From: a virus
Lineage: Duplodnaviria > Caudoviricetes
IMG/VR virus record: IMGVR_UViG_3300042894_005834
Span: 1 to 63,366 of that record
DNA length: 63,366 bases
Reading direction: 5' to 3' (one strand)
Made by a program: the position numbers and the translations under genes. The notes under the pieces were generated by a model. The model saw nothing but the letters and a program-made list of their open reading frames with translations, did not search any database and was not told the origin of the DNA. Shown here piece by piece: positions 1 to 7,957 of this stretch (its first letter is position 1; the number at the start of each line of letters is the position of its first letter).

Positions 1-11
1 GTTTACTTTGA

Positions 12-167
12 TCATTTGCCACCATATTCCTTTGATAGCTTATAGCCATGTTCGTCTTTTGTTATAATACCAATTTTCGCAAGAATCTCTAACCTTTCTT
101 CAAGAGAGAGTTTAGAAAAAGTTTGTAAGCCTTTTAGATTTTTTTCATAAATCTCATTTTTATTCAT
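12..167 (-). CDS. hypothetical protein (51 aa, not in ORF track)
   Basis: Read manually: MNKNEIYEKNLKGLQTFSKLSLEERLEIL...GGK*; ATGA overlap with the stop of 164..382. Confidence 0.6.
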   Translation of the reverse strand: MNKNEIYEKNLKGLQTFSKLSLEERLEILAKIGIITKDEHGYKLSKEYGGK

Positions 168-382
168 TTGTTCATCCATTCTTCAAGATCAACAATTTCA
201 TACCAATCAACATAATCTACGCCGCTTATTTTCAAATGATAAAGAGTTTTACCATGATATTCCCATGGTTCTTTTATAACTACACTTTCTGCTTCTTCGC
301 GTGTGGCAAAACAACCGATCCAGTCATCTGTTTTTCCACCTGGATAATAATCTTCTCCAGCAAGCAATAAAAACTTTTTCAT
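164..382 (-). CDS. hypothetical phage protein
   Basis: 72 aa ORF in a tightly packed minus-strand run with ATGA overlaps. Confidence 0.7.
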   Translation of the reverse strand: MKKFLLLAGEDYYPGGKTDDWIGCFATREEAESVVIKEPWEYHGKTLYHLKISGVDYVDWYEIVDLEEWMNK

Positions 383-552
383 TTATCACCAACTTTCGTA
401 TAAAGGAAATTTTCATCAATGGCATTCAATGAAAAATGACCACTTGAACATGTTGAATTCAAAATAAGTTGTTTTAGTATGCCTATTTGATTTTCAAGTT
501 CATCAATTCGTTTGATCGCATCTTTTAGTTCACTATGTTCATAATTATCCAT
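379..552 (-). CDS. hypothetical protein (57 aa, not in ORF track)
   Basis: Read manually: MDNYEHSELKDAIKRIDELENQIGILKQ...VGDK*; fills the gap and overlaps both neighbours. Confidence 0.6.
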   Translation of the reverse strand: MDNYEHSELKDAIKRIDELENQIGILKQLILNSTCSSGHFSLNAIDENFLYTKVGDK

Positions 553-754
553 TTTTGCTCCAACTTTCTAATACTTGTTTGAAATGTTCAACATCCTTTT
601 CTGAATACCATAATTCTTTATCACAGTCAAAGAAATATACAAAATATCCGTGACTATATGATGGTGTGCCACTAATGTAGCCAAGTGAAAGTTCTTGTCT
701 GTTTTCAGTATCTATTCTAAACCTTGTTACAAGGTCACCAACATTATGTTTCAT
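545..754 (-). CDS. hypothetical protein, distant member of the 'MKYQVGDLV' family
   Basis: Likely start ATG at 754 (MKHNVGDLV) preceded by AGGAG. Confidence 0.6.
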   Translation of the reverse strand: MKHNVGDLVTRFRIDTENRQELSLGYISGTPSYSHGYFVYFFDCDKELWYSEKDVEHFKQVLESWSKNG

Positions 755-774
755 AACTGTCAACTCCTGAAACA

Positions 775-803
775 ATATTATATTGGCACAGACGATTTGT
801 CAA
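775..803 (-). promoter_or_regulatory. sigma70-type promoter
   Basis: TTGACA-17-TAATAT; the -35 box contains the TGA stop of 800..1213. Confidence 0.6.
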
Positions 804-1213
804 TGATATTCCGGATAACGATATGCCATATCTGACGGCACATCGTAGATGTGATCGCCAAGGTCATCATAGATTATGAATCCACCAATATACTGGTAAC
901 GCTCATTCGTGTCATTTTTACCAGCAATCTTTTTACGAGAAGAACGACGAGATCCTGTATCATATACAAATTCAATCTCTGCGACCTTTTGCCAAGTCTT
1001 ACGATATGGATTAAAGATTCTATCTCCTGAATTCAGTGAACGAACTTCTTCAAGCATATCTTCCCAGTCTTTGATACGAATACCACATCCGTCCCAAAAA
1101 ACAAGAGATGAAGTATTCAAGTCAGCACAGGAAAGTTTAAATTTGCTCTTGGTCAAATATCTCTTTAGCACACGCAAAGAGCAACCGCGAATCCACCAAC
1201 GATTTGATTTCAT
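800..1213 (-). CDS. hypothetical protein
   Basis: 137 aa ORF with ATGA coupling to the upstream gene. Confidence 0.65.
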   Translation of the reverse strand: MKSNRWWIRGCSLRVLKRYLTKSKFKLSCADLNTSSLVFWDGCGIRIKDWEDMLEEVRSLNSGDRIFNPYRKTWQKVAEIEFVYDTGSRRSSRKKIAGKNDTNERYQYIGGFIIYDDLGDHIYDVPSDMAYRYPEYH

Positions 1214-1467
1214 TTTACAATTTCTCCTGTTAGTTCGTCTTCATAGAAATGATATTCTTTACTGTCTACCTGAGAATACCAGACATAACTATTGTCTTTT
1301 TCTGATGAACCTTTAAAAATATAATTGTATTTTTCTGCTACCGTGATGATACCAAAAGTATGTATAAGGTGAGAGTGAACGAGAAGGGGCAGGCGAGAGT
1401 GATTCCAATGGAAAGCTTCACTGTTAACATCTTTTACAAAAACCAAATCACCAACTTGATATTTCAT
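1210..1467 (-). CDS. 'MKYQVGDLV' paralogue 1 (possible SH3/KOW-like small beta-barrel)
   Basis: Shares N-terminus and the DNxYVWxSQxDxKEYxFxEDE C-terminus with three neighbours. Confidence 0.75.
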   Translation of the reverse strand: MKYQVGDLVFVKDVNSEAFHWNHSRLPLLVHSHLIHTFGIITVAEKYNYIFKGSSEKDNSYVWYSQVDSKEYHFYEDELTGEIVK

Positions 1468-1724
1468 TTGATGACCTCGCCGTCAACTTCGTCTTCAAAG
1501 AAACAGTATTCTGTTCCGTCAATCTGCGAAAACCAAACATAACAATTGTCATTTTTTGTTGAGCCTTTTTCAAAAATATCACTGTGTTTGATTGCTTGCG
1601 TTACTATTCCAACACTATTAAACAGTTCAGGGCTAAGGTGAGGGCGAAGACGGTGGCGAAGGCGAAGGCGACGTTTATAATCACAGTGTTTTAAGAGAAA
1701 CAAATCACCAACTTGATATTTCAT
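1464..1724 (-). CDS. 'MKYQVGDLV' paralogue 2, Arg-rich loop
   Basis: Family motifs; loop KRRLRLRHRLRPH. Confidence 0.75.
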   Translation of the reverse strand: MKYQVGDLFLLKHCDYKRRLRLRHRLRPHLSPELFNSVGIVTQAIKHSDIFEKGSTKNDNCYVWFSQIDGTEYCFFEDEVDGEVIK

Positions 1725-1734
1725 CTATAACTCG

Positions 1735-2373
1735 TTATTCTTTATTGAAAGTAAACTCGTATGCTCTATGTGTTCCTGGATTACTACAATTGATATAAGT
1801 TCTTCCATCAATAATAGTATTGCCTCTACTCTCGTGAATATGTCCAAAACAGTGAACTTTTGTATTTGTTTGTTCTATACGATTTCTCAAATGTGGACAA
1901 CCAACTCTTGAGCCATCACGATCTACAATATCAAGTATACCATTTGGTGGTCCGTGTGTGATAAGTATATCAGTTTCTACTGGTATTTTATTCCAGATTG
2001 ATTTTGCTGCTTCCCCGCCGTCATATCTTGGAAAATTAAAAGCCCAATCCCAAAACCAAGGTTGCCAAGGAGAACCATAGAAGTTTATGTTGTCAATTGT
2101 TAGTTGTTCATCAATAAGCAGATTTGTGTTTGCTTCTTTGAAAAGTTCTTTTATTGTTGGCAACATTTCTTGTTTTTGAAAACTTCTATCGTGATTGCCT
2201 GGAATAACTATTCTATGTTTTACAGGTGTTTTTGCAATCCATTCACAAAACTTTTTTATTTCCCATATTTCTCCACCATTTGTTAGATCTCCACAGTGAA
2301 TAAGAACATCTGCTTCTGGGATTATTATCTTTTTGTGTTGATTGTGTGTGTCGGATATTGCTAGTATTTTCAT
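1735..2373 (-). CDS. calcineurin-like metallophosphoesterase
   Basis: Motifs SDTH, HCGD, GNHD, THGPP, GHIHE. Confidence 0.92.
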   Translation of the reverse strand: MKILAISDTHNQHKKIIIPEADVLIHCGDLTNGGEIWEIKKFCEWIAKTPVKHRIVIPGNHDRSFQKQEMLPTIKELFKEANTNLLIDEQLTIDNINFYGSPWQPWFWDWAFNFPRYDGGEAAKSIWNKIPVETDILITHGPPNGILDIVDRDGSRVGCPHLRNRIEQTNTKVHCFGHIHESRGNTIIDGRTYINCSNPGTHRAYEFTFNKE

Positions 2374-2642
2374 TTGATTACCTCTGCTGTTACTTCATTT
2401 TCACAGAAATCATATTCTTTTGCATCAAGCTGTGAAAACCAAACATAAACATTATCATCATTTGTTGTCTCACCTTCCCAAGCATCACTGTGTTTTTCAA
2501 CTTTTGTGATTATGCCAAAGCTATTCAATAGTTCAAGGTGAAGACCAAGGCGAGGCCGTCGAAGGCGGTGACGGCGAAGGCGAGGGCGAGGTTTATATCT
2601 GTAATCTTTTACAAGAACCAAATCACCAACTTGATATTTCAT
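2370..2642 (-). CDS. 'MKYQVGDLV' paralogue 3, Arg-rich loop
   Basis: Family motifs; loop KPRPRLRRHRLRRPRLG. Confidence 0.75.
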   Translation of the reverse strand: MKYQVGDLVLVKDYRYKPRPRLRRHRLRRPRLGLHLELLNSFGIITKVEKHSDAWEGETTNDDNVYVWFSQLDAKEYDFCENEVTAEVIK

Positions 2643-2935
2643 TTGATTACCTCGCCGTTAAATTCGTCTTCATACATATAGTATTCTTTTTCATTAACTT
2701 GCGAAAACCAAGTATAAGCGTTGTCCTTTTGTGTTGAATGTTTTTTAAAAATATAATTGTGTTTATAAACTTTTGTGATAATCCCAAAGGTATTATCAAG
2801 ATTTAAGGGCAGTAGTCGGCGAGAGTTTGGGAGAGATTCCAGGAATCTCAGAGATTCCACACTCACGTTGGGTTCCTGTCGAGGTTTATAATCATGACTC
2901 TTCAAAAAAACCAAATCACCAACTTGATATTTCAT
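2639..2935 (-). CDS. 'MKYQVGDLV' paralogue 4
   Basis: Family motifs; GAGG SD upstream; first gene after the promoter at 2985-3013. Confidence 0.75.
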   Translation of the reverse strand: MKYQVGDLVFLKSHDYKPRQEPNVSVESLRFLESLPNSRRLLPLNLDNTFGIITKVYKHNYIFKKHSTQKDNAYTWFSQVNEKEYYMYEDEFNGEVIK

Positions 2936-2984
2936 ATATTTTTTCCTCAGAGATCAGAAATGGCAGTTAGCCCGTTACCATGCC

Positions 2985-3013
2985 ATCATAGCACGGGCCG
3001 GGTTGTTTGTCAA
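2985..3013 (-). promoter_or_regulatory. sigma70-type early promoter with extended -10
   Basis: TTGACA-17-TATGAT with TG upstream of the -10 box. Confidence 0.8.
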
Positions 3014-3025
3014 CCAATGAAACAG

Positions 3026-3583
3026 TTACAAATCTTTGAAATATAGATTTGCTTCGGCTTTCCTTCTATTGGTTAGTCCTTTTAATGCACTCCCAGACGC
3101 TTTATTCCAACGCAGGAACTCGTTTCTAATGTTTGGGTCAGTTGGGTCGGTATTGATAAGTTTTAGCAGTGTAGAGGATTTTAAAGAGCCTATACCAACA
3201 TTATAAGTAAAACAAACAAGAGCATCAAACTGATTTTGTGTAATATCATCTCTTACAAAAGCATCAACTGACTTTTCATAATATTGCAAGCTTTTCACAA
3301 GCATTTGAACTGCTCTATATTCAGTTATAACTGGATCTGTTTTTAAAACTCTTTTTTTGTTTTCATAATATGTTGCTCCGAACCCAATCGTTTGGGTAGG
3401 TTCGCTACATTCTTGTGGATCTAAACAAGCACCTTCGAACTTTTTTATAAGTTCTATTGCTTGTTCAGAAGATTTTGTTATTTTTTTTGCTATTTCTACT
3501 TTTTGAATGGTTTTGGTTTTTATGTCTGACTCAATGCCATAAACCATCAAAGATAGAACTAGCGCTATTTTGAATATATACAT
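3026..3583 (-). CDS. GH24 lysozyme / endolysin with hydrophobic N-terminus
   Basis: IKKFEG...TIGFG, QNQFDALVCFTYNVG, EFLRWNKA, GLTNRRKAE. Confidence 0.9.
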   Translation of the reverse strand: MYIFKIALVLSLMVYGIESDIKTKTIQKVEIAKKITKSSEQAIELIKKFEGACLDPQECSEPTQTIGFGATYYENKKRVLKTDPVITEYRAVQMLVKSLQYYEKSVDAFVRDDITQNQFDALVCFTYNVGIGSLKSSTLLKLINTDPTDPNIRNEFLRWNKASGSALKGLTNRRKAEANLYFKDL

Positions 3584-3593
3584 AGGTATATAT

Positions 3594-4052
3594 TCATTTT
3601 ATAGTTGGTAAACCACTTTTTGTTCCTGATTTATTGATTGTGAGTTTTTGATTGCGATTTTTATTTCTGCTCCAACTAACATGAACCCAACCACTTTGTG
3701 GATCTCCTGGATTATAGAACTCACTTATAAGTTGGTCGAACTCTAAGTTATTGGCAATCCAATATGCTAACTGTAGATTATCTACACCAGCTATTTCAAT
3801 ATCTGCTGCTTCTCCATGAAGATGAGAACTGCTTTTTGATCCACCAATTGCTTTGTTTAGTTTTACACATCTGAAACCACTATTGACAGTAATAGGTTTT
3901 CCAAAATGTGCTCGGATTTTTTCAAGCACATTTACACATAATGCTTCTAGATTTTCTACTTCTTCACCAAATGGTGTATTGTCAATACCTTTACGCTCAC
4001 CTGTTTGTGATTTGGTCATTTCGGTTATTGAAAAGTGTTTTGATAAGTTCAT
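3594..4052 (-). CDS. peptidase M15A (D-Ala-D-Ala carboxypeptidase-like)
   Basis: LSKHFS, SGFRC..LN.AIGG...SSH..GEAAD, WVHVS. Confidence 0.9.
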   Translation of the reverse strand: MNLSKHFSITEMTKSQTGERKGIDNTPFGEEVENLEALCVNVLEKIRAHFGKPITVNSGFRCVKLNKAIGGSKSSSHLHGEAADIEIAGVDNLQLAYWIANNLEFDQLISEFYNPGDPQSGWVHVSWSRNKNRNQKLTINKSGTKSGLPTIK

Positions 4053-4064
4053 ATTATTTCCTTT

Positions 4065-4295
4065 TTATAAAACTATATCTATGTTATTACGAGGCTTGTC
4101 TTCTTCGTTAAGATATTGCCACAAGTGCCATTTGTTTTGTTCTAATACAATTAAAGCTCTTCTTTGTTTAGAGATTCTATCTGTTTTTAAATCCATAAAC
4201 AAAGAGTGAAGACTTGCTAGTAACACATTGAGAGTATATTTCTCAACAATATTTGTTAAGTCTTGTTTACAATTGGATATTTTTGAATTTATCAT
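4065..4295 (-). CDS. hypothetical protein
   Basis: 76 aa ORF coupled to the upstream microprotein. Confidence 0.55.
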   Translation of the reverse strand: MINSKISNCKQDLTNIVEKYTLNVLLASLHSLFMDLKTDRISKQRRALIVLEQNKWHLWQYLNEEDKPRNNIDIVL

Positions 4296-4393
4296 TTTTT
4301 TGATTTCACTCGTTCAGCAATTGTAACTAGCGCTGCAGCACAAAACCATAACGGAAAGCTAGCCATAATTAAACATATTCCCATAAAATACAT
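4292..4393 (-). CDS. 33-aa single-TM microprotein (not in ORF track)
   Basis: MYFMGICLIMASFPLWFCAAALVTIAERVKSKK*; ATGA overlap with the next gene; paralogue of 4407..4523. Confidence 0.6.
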   Translation of the reverse strand: MYFMGICLIMASFPLWFCAAALVTIAERVKSKK

Positions 4394-4398
4394 ATTAA

Positions 4399-4406
4399 TA
4401 AATAGT
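4399..4406 (-). promoter_or_regulatory. putative late promoter ACTATTTA upstream of the lysis enzymes
   Basis: Same motif precedes the structural genes. Confidence 0.5.
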
Positions 4407-4523
4407 TTATTTATGTTTTTTTACATTTTCTGCAATAACAGCCAAAGCAACCATTATTAACCATAGAGGAATACTAACGATAAGGGTGCAGCCAAAAATA
4501 ACTAAATTTATCGGTTCATTCAT
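4407..4523 (-). CDS. 38-aa single-TM microprotein (not in ORF track)
   Basis: MNEPINLVIFGCTLIVSIPLWLIMVALAVIAENVKKHK*. Confidence 0.6.
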   Translation of the reverse strand: MNEPINLVIFGCTLIVSIPLWLIMVALAVIAENVKKHK

Positions 4524-5061
4524 TTGATTGACAATCCTTACAAAGTGTCTTTATCCAACCTTCATTGGTTTGTTCTCCAGGCTGCGCGCACTCTTCACAT
4601 GTTCTTGCACTCATACTTTCTGCCATAGCAATAACACCATCACAATAATCATCGGTGAAATTTGTATATACACGCAATGTCCCAAATTTCTCTTTTATCT
4701 GGGTAAATACAAGTTGTTTTGGTGCTTGTCTCCAAAGGGCTCGCGGTCTATTGGCAGTAATATCATCACTTACAAGTCTTGTAATTTTATTATCATCATA
4801 AGACATTTTCTTGTAGCGAAAACGCAGGTTATTGCTGTTTCCAGCAACAGCCTGTTTTAGAGCCCGGTTATAACGCAGAGTATCTGCTACACCTCTTCTT
4901 GTGTTAACAATATGATTTTGAATAGAACTGCACATTCGATCTAAAATATAATACCAACCGGGACCACATTCGATGGCAATTGTAAAACTGCGACCGCGTA
5001 TGGTTTTTAATGGAAATAGTTTTGGATATTTATCAGTAAGTTGTTTTACATTATCAAACAT
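4516..5061 (-). CDS. conserved phage hypothetical protein with C-terminal zinc finger
   Basis: ECGPGW, QIKEKFGTLRVY, CEEC...GWIKTLCKDC. Confidence 0.75.
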   Translation of the reverse strand: MFDNVKQLTDKYPKLFPLKTIRGRSFTIAIECGPGWYYILDRMCSSIQNHIVNTRRGVADTLRYNRALKQAVAGNSNNLRFRYKKMSYDDNKITRLVSDDITANRPRALWRQAPKQLVFTQIKEKFGTLRVYTNFTDDYCDGVIAMAESMSARTCEECAQPGEQTNEGWIKTLCKDCQSNE

Positions 5062-5063
5062 AT

Positions 5064-5483
5064 CTATTCATCCTCTTCTTTGTAAAGTTTGTAAGGGATT
5101 TCATTTTTGCCTCGCGGGCACACTCCACAACTGCCCCACATAGCAACTGGGATGTTTCTTTGAATACACAGGCCATATGCGTGACAAATTTTCATTTTTT
5201 GGTTGAAATCTGCGCTTTTATCGTCAATGATCGGTGGAGTCTGTGTAATTTCGGTAGCATAACTGTTTTTAGTGTTGAAAAGAGATGAAGGATATACTAT
5301 TTCAGCATTGAAAAGATATGAGGGATATAAATCACTATAGTTGAAATTTGTTTCACAAACTTCATTTGTTAGTTCTTTGAACTTACTAAAAGATATATCT
5401 CCGGTTAATAATTTGCGTAATGGACCCTCGATAAAATCTAATATTAATTGTTCTTTTTGTTTTGTATCCATAGTCAATCCCAA
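5064..5483 (-). CDS. hypothetical protein, Cys-rich C-terminus
   Basis: ORF track; CHAYGLC...CGVCP. Confidence 0.6.
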   Translation of the reverse strand: MGLTMDTKQKEQLILDFIEGPLRKLLTGDISFSKFKELTNEVCETNFNYSDLYPSYLFNAEIVYPSSLFNTKNSYATEITQTPPIIDDKSADFNQKMKICHAYGLCIQRNIPVAMWGSCGVCPRGKNEIPYKLYKEEDE

Positions 5484-5992
5484 AATTTATCAAGACACTC
5501 TAAAGCGGCAAGAAAATCATAATATGCCAATCCTGAACGAAATGCACCAATCTGATCAGGATAATCACCATATCGACAATATTGCCTATCGATATGTTCC
5601 TTCATCTCTTTTAACTGTTTTACGACACCTTTTGTGATATAGCTAGAAGAAATATACTGTTTATAGCTATAACTACCATCATCCTCTTTCGACAGAACAT
5701 CACTACCAGCAATATCAACTATTCGGCAAAGTCCTGTTGTGTAAGGGTTGGTTTTTTCTAAATTTTTGGGTGTATCAGTATCTTCATCAAGAATTGAAGA
5801 TTCTAAACTGTTATAGTATTTTTCATATTCTTCTACGTTGAAGATACATTTAGCCTTTGTATAAGCACCTAAACAGCCAAAGTATGTTTCTTCTTCTGGA
5901 ACTGAAAAATTGATTTCAAGAAGAAAAAAAGAACTATTTTCTGAATGGGATTTTTTATTAGTGCCTTTTTTGATACTATTGATTTTGAACAT
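5474..5992 (-). CDS. hypothetical protein
   Basis: 172 aa ORF in the operon. Confidence 0.6.
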   Translation of the reverse strand: MFKINSIKKGTNKKSHSENSSFFLLEINFSVPEEETYFGCLGAYTKAKCIFNVEEYEKYYNSLESSILDEDTDTPKNLEKTNPYTTGLCRIVDIAGSDVLSKEDDGSYSYKQYISSSYITKGVVKQLKEMKEHIDRQYCRYGDYPDQIGAFRSGLAYYDFLAALECLDKFWD

Positions 5993-6012
5993 TGTTTTTT
6001 AGTATACCTTTT

Positions 6013-6318
6013 TTATAAGAATAAAAGCTCATTTTCATACGCAAAATAACTCTTAGTATCTTTCTGAGAAATAATAACATAGCCGTTGTCTTTATAAGTT
6101 AAATCACAATGTGTGTTTTTCTTAAAAAGTTTTTTAGCTGGGATTGTCTTTATCACAAGAAAAGTTCCATACTCTTGATCAAATGGACAACCTAACTTAC
6201 CAATATAATTTTCTTTTTTACTTTTATAACCATCGTAATTAAAATTACGACATTTATAGCCTATAAAAGTAACTAAGTCTCCTTCTTCGAAAAGTGGTGG
6301 CGTCAAAACAGTTTCCAT
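6013..6318 (-). CDS. divergent member of the 'MKYQVGDLV' family
   Basis: FEEGDLV...KDNGYVIISQKDTKSYFAYENEL matches the family pattern. Confidence 0.65.
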   Translation of the reverse strand: METVLTPPLFEEGDLVTFIGYKCRNFNYDGYKSKKENYIGKLGCPFDQEYGTFLVIKTIPAKKLFKKNTHCDLTYKDNGYVIISQKDTKSYFAYENELLFL

Positions 6319-6337
6319 TACATATAAGTAATGGTAA

Positions 6338-6372
6338 TAAAAGAAAAGCCACCTATTATAATAGGTGGCTTT
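6338..6372 (-). terminator. intrinsic terminator / 28-bp perfect palindrome
   Basis: AAAGCCACCTATTATAATAGGTGGCTTT followed by a U-rich tract on the minus strand. Confidence 0.7.
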
Positions 6373-6378
6373 CTTAAA

Positions 6379-6651
6379 TCAAACGCTTACGCCTTTTTTA
6401 ATCATATCGACATAGTGTTGAATTTCACCAAGATCTTCGTCTCGCTTGAGACTACGATATGCTTTAAGAACACAAGACATTTCTTCACGCGAAAGCCATT
6501 GATTCTCGACATAAGAAGACTTCAGATCTTTAAGGTGTTCACGGAAGGGTTCCATTGCCTTGAGAGTCTGATCAATCGCTTTAACATAGTTTTGAACATG
6601 GTCTTCTTTGGTGAGCTTCTTTTCTTCGGTAGCATTGTTCTGGCTAGTCAT
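6379..6651 (-). CDS. small helical protein, possibly T4 DsbA/GapR-like DNA-binding
   Basis: Helical pattern (YVKAI...FREHLKDLK...VLKAYR); family call is an inference. Confidence 0.5.
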   Translation of the reverse strand: MTSQNNATEEKKLTKEDHVQNYVKAIDQTLKAMEPFREHLKDLKSSYVENQWLSREEMSCVLKAYRSLKRDEDLGEIQHYVDMIKKGVSV

Positions 6652-6946
6652 TGTTTTCCTTTATAATTGCTGTGATAGCGTTTTCTGGTGATAAAAAATA
6701 TTCTTTTGTTCCAAACTTGCCAATCGGCATCGCATTTTCGGAAACCACCAGATCACCCTTCTCAAGCTTCCCCCACATCTTATCACAAGCGACGTCAATG
6801 TCAAGCACTTTGAAGAACTCGTATTTTTTTGCACCCTGTTCGTCTGGCATAATAAAGTTAAATTTACCTATTTCTGCAACTGATAAATCTAACTCTACTT
6901 TTTCTAATAAAATACGCTTATTAACTGGAATAACTGTCCAACCCAT
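6644..6946 (-). CDS. GroES/gp31-like co-chaperonin
   Basis: IPVNKRILLE...FIMPD...LEKGDLV...EYFLSPENAITAII resembles the Cpn10 pattern; 100 aa. Confidence 0.6.
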   Translation of the reverse strand: MGWTVIPVNKRILLEKVELDLSVAEIGKFNFIMPDEQGAKKYEFFKVLDIDVACDKMWGKLEKGDLVVSENAMPIGKFGTKEYFLSPENAITAIIKENND

Positions 6947-6958
6947 ATATGTTTCCTT

Positions 6959-7933
6959 TCATTCTGCCCAAACAGATGACCAATCACCTGAAAGAGCGCC
7001 TTTTGCATAATCTGTTACTTTTTGTTCAAAGAAGTTGCTGTGGGTTACACCCAACATACCATCGACCCAAGGTAATGGATTTTTCTTTACCTTAAAGATA
7101 CCTTTCATACCAAGTGAGATTAAACGACGATCAGCGATATAGCGAATATACTGCTTTACTTCATCTTTTGTTAAGCCTTGCATTTCACCGATACCAAAGG
7201 CAAGATCGACAAATTTATCTTCAAGTTCAACCATTTTAGTTGCTATTGTATAAATCTCGCCTTTTAGTTTGTCATTCCATATGTGACGATTTTCAGTCAC
7301 AAACTCACGGAATAGTTTAATCATACTTTCTGAATGTAGTGTCTCGTCAGAAATAGACCAAGCAATAATCTGGCCCATACCTTTCATCTTACCGTTTCTG
7401 GCAAAGTTTAGCAACATTACAAAAGAACTAAAAAGTTGCATTCCTTCCGTGAAGGCTGAAAATGCTGCTATCTGTTGTGCAACTGAACCAGCATCTTGTT
7501 CGACGAATTGTGTAAAGTATTGATGTTTCTCTTTCATTGCTTCATATTCAAGAAACTCATTATAAGTTGATTCTGGCATACCAAGTGTTTCAATCAAATG
7601 TGAGTATGCTTGAATATGAACGGCTTCGCGAGCAGCAAAAGAACATAGCATCATTCTTACTTCTGGTTGTGGAAAATGTGGTAGATAGTTTTTTACATAA
7701 CCACCAGCAACATCAATGTCTGCTTGTGTAAAAAATCGAAAGATATGTGTTAAAAACTGTTTTTCATTTTCTGAAAGATTATTTTTCCAGTCTTTTACAT
7801 CTTCGACCATAGGGACTTCTGCAGCCAACCAATGCATTTGCTCACTTTGTTTAAAAGCATCAAAGGCAAAGGGATAGTTAAATGGTTTGAAGTATGTTCG
7901 TTCATCTGTAAGTTTTATTTTCTTCTTAGCCAT
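6959..7933 (-). CDS. nrdB: ribonucleotide reductase class Ia beta subunit
   Basis: FFTQAD, REAVH..AY, EGMQLFSSF, DETLH, NFFE. Confidence 0.96.
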   Translation of the reverse strand: MAKKKIKLTDERTYFKPFNYPFAFDAFKQSEQMHWLAAEVPMVEDVKDWKNNLSENEKQFLTHIFRFFTQADIDVAGGYVKNYLPHFPQPEVRMMLCSFAAREAVHIQAYSHLIETLGMPESTYNEFLEYEAMKEKHQYFTQFVEQDAGSVAQQIAAFSAFTEGMQLFSSFVMLLNFARNGKMKGMGQIIAWSISDETLHSESMIKLFREFVTENRHIWNDKLKGEIYTIATKMVELEDKFVDLAFGIGEMQGLTKDEVKQYIRYIADRRLISLGMKGIFKVKKNPLPWVDGMLGVTHSNFFEQKVTDYAKGALSGDWSSVWAE

Positions 7934-7957
7934 CTTATTTTACTCCATTTATTTGTT

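Larger units (their letters stand above)
1444..2935. repeat. dispersed 24-bp identical repeat CAAATCACCAACTTGATATTTCAT (1444-1467, 1701-1724, 2619-2642, 2912-2935)
   Basis: Direct comparison of the 5' ends of the four paralogues. Confidence 0.85.

Noticed and set aside
1444-2935. 24-bp repeats as a CRISPR array
   Set aside because: Spacing is 250-900 bp, the repeats are the coding 5' ends of paralogues, and no cas genes are present
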